Shown: positions 1 to 9,709 of the stretch, piece by piece | How the letters are laid out: every line of letters starts with the position of its first letter | How positions within the stretch are numbered: the first letter of the stretch is position 1 | From: Candidatus Poribacteria bacterium | GTDB lineage: Bacteria > Poribacteria > WGA-4E > PCPOR2b | Direction: 5' to 3' | NCBI GenBank assembly: GCA_965215015.1 | Contig: OZ244042.1 | Coordinates: 2,240,001 to 2,304,000 of the forward strand | Length of the DNA: 64,000 bases | The notes under the pieces: model-generated | Seen by the model: the letters and a program-made list of their open reading frames with translations, nothing else | Databases searched by the model: none | What the model was told of the DNA's origin: nothing | Position numbers and translations under genes: made by a program

Positions 1-1536
1 AACGCCAAAATTCAGATTGCGGTTGCACCGCCGCCGGATCATCCCTTGTGGCATCGTTTTAGCGACTCAGAGTTTGCTGACGTTGTAGAGGCAGGGGAAA
101 CGCTGGTGTTATCCCGACAGATCAGCGCAAATGGACGCAGTCGGTGCCATACCAATGGGCAAATGGTGAACTTAAGGTTCTTGAGCGACATCGGCGATCT
201 GCTCGTCGATATTCACGGGCAGCATGCACATCAATCCCTCTTTCGATCTGAAACCCATCTCGATCTTCTTGATATCTTTGGTAGACATGAGTCACTGAAG
301 TCGGAAGTCCGTAAAAAGTACGATGAATTCCACGCTTTCCAAACAGAACTCGCTGATTTTTCCCAAACACTCCGTGAAGCCATGCAGGAGAAAGATCTCT
401 TGGATTTTCAACTTGAAGAACTGGAGGATGCCCAGCTCCAAGACGGGGAAGAAGATGCTCTTGTCAATGAACGTCACCTCCTCAGCAACGCAGAAACCCT
501 CTTTGAATCAGCTAATCAACTTTACGAACAGCTCTATGGTGGTGCCCTATCGGAATCTTCGATGCTAGATGGATTGAAAACGGCGAGTCGCACCATCTCC
601 AAACTTTGTGAGCTGGATGGCAGCCTATCAGAATTGAGCGCGCGTTTCGAGTCCACTCTGTATGAGTTAGAGGATATTGTCTATCAGATTCGCGATTATC
701 GCGATGGAGTTGAGTTTAACCCGCATCGCCTTGCAGAAGTTGAGGAACGTCTAGACCTCATTCATCGATTCAAGCGGAAGTACGGCGATTCAATCTCCGA
801 AATTTTAGCCTACCAAACACAAGCTTCACAAAAACTTGAGAATCTTCAAGTCGGTTCTGATCGCATTGAAGCGTTGAAGGATCAGATTAATATTGTAACA
901 CAACAAGCCCAAGAACTCGCGACTGAGCTTTCCAAGAAACGGAGAGGAACCGCGACCCAACTTGAATCTTTGATCGAGCGTGAACTCCAGGCACTGGGAA
1001 TGGAAAAAGCGGTTTTCCAGATCCTTGTGTCTCCGATTGAATCCGCCGAGGGGCCCTTAGAAATCGATGGAAAACGTTATGAACTGCGGGCTGATGGGAT
1101 GGATGAAATCGAATTTTTCATCTCTCCCAACATTGGATCCGATCCAAAACCGTTAGCGAAAATAGCGTCAGGCGGGGAGATTTCTCGTGTGATGCTCGCA
1201 TTGAAAACTGTGCTCGCCCAAATTGATCCGATTCCAACAATGATCTATGACGAAATTGACGCAGGCATTGGTGGGCATACCGCAGACATCGTCGGACAGA
1301 AACTGAAGGAATTATCGCGTTTTCGCCAAGTCTTTTGTATCACGCACCTGCCACAGATTGCCCGTTTTGCAGATCAACATTATCGAGTGGAAAAGCGTAT
1401 GGACAGAAATCGCACAACGATTACGGCAAAGCAACTAACGCCGGAAGAACGGGTTGAGGAAATGGCTCGGATGCATGGCGGTGAAGCGACAGTGACAACG
1501 CTCGCACACGCGAGGGAGTTGTTGAAGGGACAATAG
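1..1536 (+). CDS. recN: DNA repair protein RecN (5' end outside window)
   Basis: Frame open from base 1; DIHGQH motif, long coiled coil, ASGGEISR signature, DEID Walker B, ITHLPQIA. Confidence 0.97.
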   Translation, partial: NAKIQIAVAPPPDHPLWHRFSDSEFADVVEAGETLVLSRQISANGRSRCHTNGQMVNLRFLSDIGDLLVDIHGQHAHQSLFRSETHLDLLDIFGRHESLKSEVRKKYDEFHAFQTELADFSQTLREAMQEKDLLDFQLEELEDAQLQDGEEDALVNERHLLSNAETLFESANQLYEQLYGGALSESSMLDGLKTASRTISKLCELDGSLSELSARFESTLYELEDIVYQIRDYRDGVEFNPHRLAEVEERLDLIHRFKRKYGDSISEILAYQTQASQKLENLQVGSDRIEALKDQINIVTQQAQELATELSKKRRGTATQLESLIERELQALGMEKAVFQILVSPIESAEGPLEIDGKRYELRADGMDEIEFFISPNIGSDPKPLAKIASGGEISRVMLALKTVLAQIDPIPTMIYDEIDAGIGGHTADIVGQKLKELSRFRQVFCITHLPQIARFADQHYRVEKRMDRNRTTITAKQLTPEERVEEMARMHGGEATVTTLAHARELLKGQ

Positions 1537-1539
1537 TAT

Positions 1540-4500
1540 ATGGATAACAGATTTACACAAGAGAGTGGTACAAATGTTTACACCGGCTGCGAATTACTAG
1601 TAAAAGGTGCCCTCGAAGGTCAAGTCAATTTGCTCACAGGATATCCCGGTTCACCATTGGCAGAGGTGTTCGACGTAATGAAAAGTAATGCAGCACTCCT
1701 CAAAGAACACGGTATCCTTGCACAGATTGGGAACAATGAAGCCCTTAGCGTTGCAAGGCTCAACGGTTCACAAATGGCAAATTTACGCGCTGTCGCTTTT
1801 ATGAAAAACGTAGGGATGCATGTGGCCTCCGATGCGTTAGCGATTAGCAATTTGGCGGGAACAACAGGCGGTGCTGTTGTCGTCGTCGGGGATGATACTT
1901 GGGGAGCGAGTACACAAGTCCCTGCGGATTCACGCTTTTTAGCCCGGCACCTCTACACGCCAGTTATCGAACCGAGCACATTTCAGGAAATTAAAGATTG
2001 GTTAAACGCTGCCTTTGAAATCTCTGCCGAATCTAATCTATATCTAACCTACATAGTCACCCTTAATCAGGCGGAGGGTGGGGGAAGCGTCCAACTGCGT
2101 CCGAACCGTTATCCTGAAACTTCTACGAAAAACCAGACGGTGATCGATACTGAATTGATTAACGGTTCAAACCGGATCATTCTGCCGCCGGACACACCTC
2201 GGATTGAGATTGAAACCTTAACCGAGAGATTCCCTAATGCAATCAAGAGTGCACGGGAGCGTAACCTGAATCGGATTAGTTATCTAAATGATTCGGACCA
2301 CAAGATCGGATTTGTCACCTCAGGGTTGGCATATTCCTATCTCGAACACGCGCTTAATGAACTAGAATTCCAAGGGCGTATTCCAATCCTTAAGCTTGGA
2401 TTGACACATCCGATTGATGAAGAAATTGTGCGTGAATTTGCATCACATGTGCGTGAAATCTACGTTATTGAGGAGAAGCGACCACTACTTGAGAAGGACA
2501 TCAAGGCGATAGTCAACCAGTTCTATCAAAATGGCGAAATGGATCGGCTTGTGCAGGTATGGGGCAAGGAATTTCCGAACGGTTTGGTGGGAGTTCCTGA
2601 TTCGCTCGGACTCAACCCATCAATACTGATACAACGACTAATTCCCCTTCTTCAGCATAAGTTTGGGGGCAAAGACACATCTATCGCAATTGATCCGGAG
2701 GTGTTTGTCCGTGAGGAGCAATGTATTGAACAGGTCAACACCTATAAGGTTGAAATCCCCGCGCGAACGCCTACGTTCTGTCCAGGCTGTCCGCATCGCG
2801 ACTCTGCGAGTGTTTTCAAAGAGATTGCCGACCAATTTATGGATACTAAATATATGGAGAGGCACCACGCGCAGCCTCCCGTTGACCTTGTTTTTCATGG
2901 AGATATCGGTTGCTACTCAATGCTGAAGTATGAACCGTTTCCGCGCCTGATGCACAACCTCTCGGCGATGGCACTCGGCGGCGGAGCAGGGGCAGGCATC
3001 GATCCATTTATCGAGAATAAACAGGTTGTCTTTATGGGGGATTCCACATTCTTTCACGGTGGGATGTCGGCAATTTCCGACTCGATTAAAAATGGCCAAG
3101 ATCTCACCTACGTTATCTTGGACAACCAGACAACTGGCATGACAGGGCACCAACCTACACCGTCTACGGAAGATGACATCCTCGGTAATCCTACCTTTGC
3201 ACAGGACATCGAAAAAGTTGTCGAAGGACTCACGGGCGATTCAGACCTCTTTATTATCCGAACAAATCCAGAAAATCGTCTTGAGTACAAGAAGCTAGTC
3301 GAAGAGACGGTTCTCAAGCCGGGGGTCAAAATTATCATCGCCGATAAGGAGTGCGGGATTACTTACCATCGTCGGTTGCGCCGTGAGCAACAGCAAACAA
3401 TCAAAGAGCGCGGTTTTCTATCGGTAGAAAAACATATCAATATTACCCCTGAAGTCTGCGAATTCTGTCTTGAGTGTACCAACGCAACAGGCTGTCCGGG
3501 TCTGAAAGTAACTGAAACGGACTACGGACCCAAGATTGGCATCGATCAATCCAACTGTGTGTCTGATGGTGCTTGTGCGCGGATCAAGTGGGCGTGTCCT
3601 TCCTTTGAGGAGGTGACTATCACCCGCAAGTGTCCACCACGCCAAAAAGTGGACCTTGGGGCCGTGTCAACCGATTCGAGGGAGTTCCTGCCGCCTCCAT
3701 CACATACCTTTGAGGGAACATGGAGTGTCTATGCCGCGGGTGTCGGTGGGATGGGGATTGGTACAATTTCCAAGGTTTTAGTGCTTGCCGGACACGCGCA
3801 AGGGTATCATGTGCGATTTTTCGACAAGAAGGGGTTGGCAATCCGCAACGGGGGAGTCTATACAAACCTTGTTTATTCAAAAACAGAAGCGGAACTCTCC
3901 CAGATTATTCCATACGGAAAAGCGGATTTGTTGATTGGCATGGATATGTTAGAAGCGGTGCGGGGGCTTGATCCTAATGCGGGATTCTGCGTTGCGACAC
4001 CCGATCGGACGGTCGCCGTTGTTAATACCGCTAAAACAGATACGGTGAAGACCCTCATCGGTCAGGACGATTTCAAACTTGCGGATTTAGAGAAATGGTT
4101 ACAGACCTACACCGACGCAGATGCCTATTTTGGGGTAAATTTGTTCGAGATTTCCGAAAGGTTACTCGGAAACAAACTCTATGCCAATATGATGTTGCTC
4201 GGTGTTGCTTTTCAGCGGGGATATCTGCCGGTTGAACTTGAAGCGATTCAAACGGCGTTGAAGTTAGCTGTAAGACCCGCAGACTTAGAAACAAACCAAC
4301 GCGCCTTTGATATGGGTAGGCGTCTCGCGATTGATTCGGAGGCTTTTGCGCCGGTCCCGCAGTGGCAAGCATACAAAACTCTACTCCGAGAGAAATGCCA
4401 AAGTTTAACGCGTAAGCGGCGGGGGGCAGTGCTCGCTCACCAGTATGAAGTGCTTGTTCAACAGGGAGTGGAGAAGATGGAATTGGACGACGAAACCAAT

Positions 4501-5094
4501 CGACGGTTTGCCTTGTATGTTTATGACCTTATCCAATTCGAGAATTTGGACTATGCTCGTCTGTACGTTGAAAAGGTGAAACAGATCTATTCCAAAGATT
4601 TATCTGAGATGGACTACCGTGCAACGAAAGCTGCGGTCAAATATCTACATAAGGTGATGCTCATCAAGGATGAAGTGTATGTGGCTCACCTATTGACCAG
4701 CGAGACTAAATTAAGACGTGACAAAGAAATGTACAATGTTGATGAATCGAACGGCGATAAGATTAAGTACGTCCACCTCAACCGCCCTCGCTTCACTATC
4801 ATGGGTAGGGATCTCCAGTGGGACATGAATACCAAGAACTGGCAACTAAATTTGATGAAACGGTTGAGGTTTCTCAGACGTTGGCTATCGCAGTGGCATA
4901 AATTAGAAAAAGTGTTCCGTGATTGGTATATCGCCGAAGTAATTGAGACCTTCGCACCACATGATAGAGAGAGCTATGAAGATCACGTCACTGCGCTAGA
5001 AGCTCCTGAAGAAGTTCGTGGCTATCGAGAAGTGCGTTATCCAAAGATGGCAAATGCCCAAAAAAAAGTCGAAGAATTATTGCATAACGCGTAA
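1540..5094 (+). CDS. Fused alpha/beta indolepyruvate:ferredoxin oxidoreductase-family protein
   Basis: GYPGSP, NEALS, PTFCPGCPH, GDIGC, TPP-binding GDSTFFH..LDN, ferredoxin CEFCLEC..CP, beta-type GVGGMG..GLA..GG, C-terminal KDEVYVA and RGYREVR. Confidence 0.92.
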   Translation: MDNRFTQESGTNVYTGCELLVKGALEGQVNLLTGYPGSPLAEVFDVMKSNAALLKEHGILAQIGNNEALSVARLNGSQMANLRAVAFMKNVGMHVASDALAISNLAGTTGGAVVVVGDDTWGASTQVPADSRFLARHLYTPVIEPSTFQEIKDWLNAAFEISAESNLYLTYIVTLNQAEGGGSVQLRPNRYPETSTKNQTVIDTELINGSNRIILPPDTPRIEIETLTERFPNAIKSARERNLNRISYLNDSDHKIGFVTSGLAYSYLEHALNELEFQGRIPILKLGLTHPIDEEIVREFASHVREIYVIEEKRPLLEKDIKAIVNQFYQNGEMDRLVQVWGKEFPNGLVGVPDSLGLNPSILIQRLIPLLQHKFGGKDTSIAIDPEVFVREEQCIEQVNTYKVEIPARTPTFCPGCPHRDSASVFKEIADQFMDTKYMERHHAQPPVDLVFHGDIGCYSMLKYEPFPRLMHNLSAMALGGGAGAGIDPFIENKQVVFMGDSTFFHGGMSAISDSIKNGQDLTYVILDNQTTGMTGHQPTPSTEDDILGNPTFAQDIEKVVEGLTGDSDLFIIRTNPENRLEYKKLVEETVLKPGVKIIIADKECGITYHRRLRREQQQTIKERGFLSVEKHINITPEVCEFCLECTNATGCPGLKVTETDYGPKIGIDQSNCVSDGACARIKWACPSFEEVTITRKCPPRQKVDLGAVSTDSREFLPPPSHTFEGTWSVYAAGVGGMGIGTISKVLVLAGHAQGYHVRFFDKKGLAIRNGGVYTNLVYSKTEAELSQIIPYGKADLLIGMDMLEAVRGLDPNAGFCVATPDRTVAVVNTAKTDTVKTLIGQDDFKLADLEKWLQTYTDADAYFGVNLFEISERLLGNKLYANMMLLGVAFQRGYLPVELEAIQTALKLAVRPADLETNQRAFDMGRRLAIDSEAFAPVPQWQAYKTLLREKCQSLTRKRRGAVLAHQYEVLVQQGVEKMELDDETNRRFALYVYDLIQFENLDYARLYVEKVKQIYSKDLSEMDYRATKAAVKYLHKVMLIKDEVYVAHLLTSETKLRRDKEMYNVDESNGDKIKYVHLNRPRFTIMGRDLQWDMNTKNWQLNLMKRLRFLRRWLSQWHKLEKVFRDWYIAEVIETFAPHDRESYEDHVTALEAPEEVRGYREVRYPKMANAQKKVEELLHNA

Positions 5095-5120
5095 AGTTTT
5101 CACGTTTTACCTCACACGCC

Positions 5121-5981
5121 ATGCAAATCACAGGTCAAACGAAAATTGTTGGTATTATCGGTGCCCCGATCAAGCATAGCCGCTCTCCCCAGATACACAA
5201 TGCAGCAATCGCCGCACTAGGGTTGGATTATGTCTATGTGCCCTTTCATGTTCAACCAGACAATTTAGGTGCAGCGATTGAAGGGTTCAAGGCAATCAAT
5301 GTGGTCGGCATTAACGTGACGATTCCACATAAACAAGATGTGATACCTTACCTTGATGAGATATCAAGGGAAGCAACCCTCATCGGTGCGGTTAATACGT
5401 TGATTTTCAAGGAGGGAGCGATTGCCGGCGAGAATACAGACGCCCCTGGTTTCTTACAAGCAATGCAGGAAGAAGGATTCAAAGTGCCTCAAGGGGGGAT
5501 GGCTGTCGTAATTGGAGCCGGTGGATCAGCACGTGCAATTGTCGTTGCCCTTGCCCTTGCAGGCGTGCAGACGATTTGCATTACAAATCGTACTGTTTCA
5601 AGAGCCGTCGCCCTTGCTACGAATCTTTCAGAGAAAACGGGCGCATCAATCTACGGAATAGGGCTGGATGATCCCAAGCTACCAAGCACCGTAGGAACTA
5701 GTCAGTTAATCGTCAATACAGCAGCCACAAGTATGGATGTTTCGCATCCACTGTTGATTGACCCCGAATGGTTAGAGCCGCAATCCATCGTTTACGATAT
5801 TGTCTACACGCCTCCCGAAACGCGTCTTCTACAAGCTGCAGCGGAGAAGGGCTGTCATACAATCGGCGGCTTAGGTATGCTTGTTCATCAAGGAGCAATT
5901 GCTTTCGAGAAATGGACCGGCGTCAAGCCGCCGGTTGAGACTATGCGGCAAGTGCTCCAATGTGCCTTGGATCAAAAGTGA
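5121..5981 (+). CDS. aroE: Shikimate dehydrogenase
   Basis: HSRSPQIH, NVTIPHK, GAVNT, NTD, GAGGSAR, DIVY, GLGMLVHQG. Confidence 0.97.
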   Translation: MQITGQTKIVGIIGAPIKHSRSPQIHNAAIAALGLDYVYVPFHVQPDNLGAAIEGFKAINVVGINVTIPHKQDVIPYLDEISREATLIGAVNTLIFKEGAIAGENTDAPGFLQAMQEEGFKVPQGGMAVVIGAGGSARAIVVALALAGVQTICITNRTVSRAVALATNLSEKTGASIYGIGLDDPKLPSTVGTSQLIVNTAATSMDVSHPLLIDPEWLEPQSIVYDIVYTPPETRLLQAAAEKGCHTIGGLGMLVHQGAIAFEKWTGVKPPVETMRQVLQCALDQK

Positions 5982-5991
5982 GAGGTGAATT

Positions 5992-6309
5992 ATGAGCATC
6001 GAAAATTCTTTTTCTCCGACGACCCCGTCATCCGCGCCAATTAAGGTGGATATCTTTCATTCGCAATATCTTATACAGCCAACTGAACATCTACAAGCAG
6101 AAGAGATCCGTGAGTTGGCTGCCTATGTGGATGGACGGCTGCATGAGATGAGTCGAAAAACCTCCCGCGATAAGTTTGATATCGCGATCATGGTCGCGTT
6201 GCAAATTGCGGCACAGATGTGCGAAGATCAGAAACGGTTCCAGCAGTCGATCCATCGCATGATTGAGGGACTAGAAAAAGCTGTAGAAGGCAAATCCGTT
6301 TCTGAATAG
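5992..6309 (+). CDS. zapA: Cell division protein ZapA-like
   Basis: 105 aa; V-x-I..Y beta strands, LAAYVDGRL, IAIMVALQIA, C-terminal coiled coil; GAGGTG RBS. Confidence 0.8.
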   Translation: MSIENSFSPTTPSSAPIKVDIFHSQYLIQPTEHLQAEEIRELAAYVDGRLHEMSRKTSRDKFDIAIMVALQIAAQMCEDQKRFQQSIHRMIEGLEKAVEGKSVSE

Positions 6310-6342
6310 CAACAACTTACGTGGGCTCTCTTGAGGTATGGA

Positions 6343-7269
6343 TTATTCAATCTCGTAGATGACATGCACTGTCACCGAGATCCGGAGTTGATTAGATTGG
6401 ATGGGTGTATCCACCGCCGCTGCGTCCTCAGCGAATGGGAAGTCAAAATGACTAGACTGTGGCGCATAAAAATCCCCTGACTCGGAAATAGAAATCGGCT
6501 TCCCAAGCGTGACACCCCCTTCGGTTGCTAGTGTCTGTGCTTTTGCTTGTGCGTTCTGCATCGCTTCCACACGGGCCTGCATTTTTAATTGCGTGGAATC
6601 GTCAATTGTGAACTGAATCGAGTTAATCTGCACCAAATCTCCGCCTGCTTCCGCCGCATCGTCAATTACATTCCCAACAATGTTCAGATCCCGAATCTTC
6701 GCGGATACGGTATTCGTAGCGTTATATCCCTGAAATTCTGGTCGCCCTCTAATATAATCGAACCGTTGCTGGATACTGAAATGCTCGGTCTGAATATCCT
6801 CGTCAAGGAGACCATTGCCTTTTAGAGATTCGATTATTCCCGCCATTGCTTCAGCGGCGTCTGTTCGGGCCTGCTCCACAGAGTCCCTCTCGACCGAAAC
6901 CCCAATACTCAGCACGACCACATCGGGGGTACCTACGACCATACCAGTGCCGGTCACTCGAACCGTCTTTTCTGTTCTCGTCTTATTGATGACTTCTATG
7001 GTACTCCCCGTTCCCGGCTGAACCGAAACCTCCACATCCTTGCCCAAGCTACCCGCTACTATCATTAGATCAAACAGGTCTATGCTCCCATCCTGATTCA
7101 CATCCCGCGGAGCTGCGGCAAAATCAAGCCCTGCTTGGGTGTTTAGAAGTGGAGTCAATTCAGCAGCGGCGAGCTGGGACTCTTCTTCAGGCTTAGTGCC
7201 CTCATCTCCAGCGCATCCACTCAGCAGTATTATCAGACAGACGAGAGGACAGATAAATTTAACTTTCAT
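6343..7269 (-). CDS. SIMPL (DUF541) lipoprotein with a single dockerin/EF-hand-like loop
   Basis: Lipobox LSG-C; DVNQDGSIDLFDL motif; SIMPL pattern VTGTG..PD, AQAKAQTLA..GVTLG..ISISE. Confidence 0.88.
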   Translation of the reverse strand: MKVKFICPLVCLIILLSGCAGDEGTKPEEESQLAAAELTPLLNTQAGLDFAAAPRDVNQDGSIDLFDLMIVAGSLGKDVEVSVQPGTGSTIEVINKTRTEKTVRVTGTGMVVGTPDVVVLSIGVSVERDSVEQARTDAAEAMAGIIESLKGNGLLDEDIQTEHFSIQQRFDYIRGRPEFQGYNATNTVSAKIRDLNIVGNVIDDAAEAGGDLVQINSIQFTIDDSTQLKMQARVEAMQNAQAKAQTLATEGGVTLGKPISISESGDFYAPQSSHFDFPFAEDAAAVDTPIQSNQLRISVTVHVIYEIE

Positions 7270-7368
7270 GGGTAGAATCTCCTTGTGGTATAGAGTCGGG
7301 ACAAAGTTAAACTCTGCCCTGAGTTAAAAATTGTGCTGTGATACGATTTTTTAATATGAGGCGGTGCC

Positions 7369-9234
7369 CTATAAAAAATAACGCTCCTTCTGTTTGGCAG
7401 TCTCATACTCTTCGTAAGCCTGCTGTACGGTGTCCACCTCAGAGATTTGGGCGACGGGTACATCCCACCACGATTCGTAGCTAGGGACGCGTTTTTCAAA
7501 ATCGACATCGACCTTGATCACCGTTGTGCAATCAGATGCTTTTGCCTCTCCGAGTGCTGCTTTCAGGCTCGTTGCCGAATTCGCCTCAATGACATGTGCA
7601 CCAAGGCTTGCGGCATTTGCAACTAAATCCACCGGCAGCATCCCTCCGTCCAGTTGACCTGTAGTATCGTTACGATACAGGAATTTTGTTCCAAAGCCCT
7701 GTGCCCCTGTCGCTTCGGAAAGCCCGCCGATACTGCTGTGGCCGTAATTATTCACCAGCACAATGGTCAATTTGTACCCTTCCTGAACCGCTGTCATAAT
7801 CTCCTGTCCCATCAACAGGTAAGAACCATCACCGACCAGCACGTAGACTTCGCGGCTTGGGTCTGCCATCTTGATTCCCAGTCCGCCCGCAACCTCGTAG
7901 CCCATGCAGGAATAGCCGAATTCCACATCATACCCCTTCGGGTCACGAGTGCGCCACAGCTTCTGGAGGTCCCCCGGTAAGCTGCCCGCCGCACCGATAA
8001 GCACATCCTTCGGATCTGAGAACTCGTTCACTACCCCAATCACTTCGCCTTGGCTAAGGATTTTGCTGTGGTCTGGGTGGTAAATTCGATCTACCTCCGC
8101 GTCCCATTCATCGCGCAATCTAGTGATCTGGGCAGCGTAGTCCAGATTGACATGATAGCCTTGAAGGGTGTCTCTGAGTTCCTCAAGTGTCACGCGCACA
8201 TCCGCGGTTAGCGATAGCGCGGCGTGTTTGGCGGCATCAAACTCTGCCACGTTGATGGTGATGAAGCGTACATCTGGATGTCGGAATGCTGTCTTTGAAG
8301 CTGTTATAAAATCACCTAATCGGGAACCTGCTACGATGATGAGGTCCGCGTCACGGGCGATGGTATTCGCACCCAGCGTGCCAGAGACACCCATCCCACC
8401 CAAACATTGGGGGTGGTCATAGCGGAGTGAACCTTTGCCTGCGAATGTTTCAGCAACAGGGATGCCGGTCTGTTCAGCGAATCGAGCAAGCGAATCGGTT
8501 GCCTCACTGTATTTTACGCCGCCGCCCGCGATGATAAACGGCCGTTTGCTAGCGCGAATCCATTCAGCGGCTTTTTTTAGCGCATTGATGTCCGCGCGTG
8601 GGCGTGGAATCCTCTGAACGCGCTTTTCAAACAGATCGGACGGATAATCAAAGGCTTCGGCTTGCACGTCCTGTGGCAATGCTACCGTGACGACCCCCGT
8701 TTCTGCCGGCGAGGTTAGCACACGCATCGCCTCCGGCAACGCAGTGATAATCTGTTCCGGACGGTTGATACGGTCCCAATAGCGTGAAATAGGCTTGAAG
8801 CAATCGTTCACCGAAATATCTTGGGAATTGGGTGATTCGAGCTGCTGTAATACAGGAGCGACAAGCCGTGTTGAGAAAATGTCGCCCGGTAGCAGCAGTA
8901 CAGGTATCCGATTAATTGTCGCACCGGCAGCGGCGGTAACCATGTTGGTTGCCCCCGGACCGATTGAAGAGGTACACGCAAAGGTGCGTAGGCGGTTACT
9001 CATCTTTGCAAATGCTGCAGCTGTGTGCACCATCGCCTGCTCATTGCGTGTCTGATAAAATCGGAATGAGTCCGCGTATTGATGCAACGCTTGCCCAACT
9101 CCGGCGACGTTGCCATGTCCGAAGATGCCGAACATACCAGCGAAAAACTGATGTTCGATGCCATCGCGTTCAACGTACTGGTTTTTGAGAAATTTGATGA
9201 CAGCTTGCCCCATCGTCAATCTTTGAGTTTTCAT
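7369..9234 (-). CDS. iolD: 3D-(3,5/4)-trihydroxycyclohexane-1,2-dione acylhydrolase (myo-inositol catabolism)
   Basis: RLTMGQA, GIFGHGNVAG, RNEQAM, SSIGPGATNM, AAGSLPGDL, GYSCMGYE, WWDVPVA. Confidence 0.97.
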   Translation of the reverse strand: MKTQRLTMGQAVIKFLKNQYVERDGIEHQFFAGMFGIFGHGNVAGVGQALHQYADSFRFYQTRNEQAMVHTAAAFAKMSNRLRTFACTSSIGPGATNMVTAAAGATINRIPVLLLPGDIFSTRLVAPVLQQLESPNSQDISVNDCFKPISRYWDRINRPEQIITALPEAMRVLTSPAETGVVTVALPQDVQAEAFDYPSDLFEKRVQRIPRPRADINALKKAAEWIRASKRPFIIAGGGVKYSEATDSLARFAEQTGIPVAETFAGKGSLRYDHPQCLGGMGVSGTLGANTIARDADLIIVAGSRLGDFITASKTAFRHPDVRFITINVAEFDAAKHAALSLTADVRVTLEELRDTLQGYHVNLDYAAQITRLRDEWDAEVDRIYHPDHSKILSQGEVIGVVNEFSDPKDVLIGAAGSLPGDLQKLWRTRDPKGYDVEFGYSCMGYEVAGGLGIKMADPSREVYVLVGDGSYLLMGQEIMTAVQEGYKLTIVLVNNYGHSSIGGLSEATGAQGFGTKFLYRNDTTGQLDGGMLPVDLVANAASLGAHVIEANSATSLKAALGEAKASDCTTVIKVDVDFEKRVPSYESWWDVPVAQISEVDTVQQAYEEYETAKQKERYFL

Positions 9235-9415
9235 GGTTGTCTCCTTTATTTAACTAATAGTGCTAGTTTAGCCCGCAAACCCATGACCATTATAGATTTT
9301 ATCACACAATTGTTTTGTTGGGTAGATGATAAATTCACACGATAGGGGATCGTATCTGTTATAGAAATTAGGCAAGCGACCAATTGAACTTGTCGGTTTT
9401 CATGAGGTCTAGCTT

Positions 9416-9488
9416 TCCGGCTCTCATATCCTGTGTCAAAGGAGGTGGGAAGCACCACCGGGCGGTGGTGCTTCCCACGAAAGCCGAA
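9416..9488 (-). ncRNA. Candidate structured leader/sRNA (three-way junction) upstream of iolD
   Basis: Perfect 16-bp hairpin 9445-9478; closing stem 9488-9479/9425-9416 with G-U pairs only on the minus strand; 4-bp hairpin 9429-9443; begins at predicted TSS. Confidence 0.4.
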
Positions 9489-9491
9489 AAA

Positions 9492-9520
9492 ATTATACCA
9501 TATTTCACTGATAATTTCAA
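9492..9520 (-). promoter_or_regulatory. Sigma70-type promoter TTGAAA-17-TATAAT with extended -10 TG
   Basis: Reverse complement reads TTGAAA ttatcagtgaaatatgg TATAAT. Confidence 0.7.
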
Positions 9521-9709
9521 CCGTTTTGAAGGATTTACAACATTCATATTCATAACATGAATATTGACAAATCCCATTAGACGCTAACACGAGGTGCGGC
9601 ATCTGTATCCCCGCTCTAAAGAACGAGACTTTAGAACAGAAGATTTTAGTAAATTGACAGAAAATGGCTATCCAACCAATGATAGATTGTGGGAGGCAAG
9701 CTGTATCCG

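Noticed and set aside
6310-6342. 6S RNA often found after zapA
   Set aside because: Only 33 bp separate zapA from the convergent SIMPL gene
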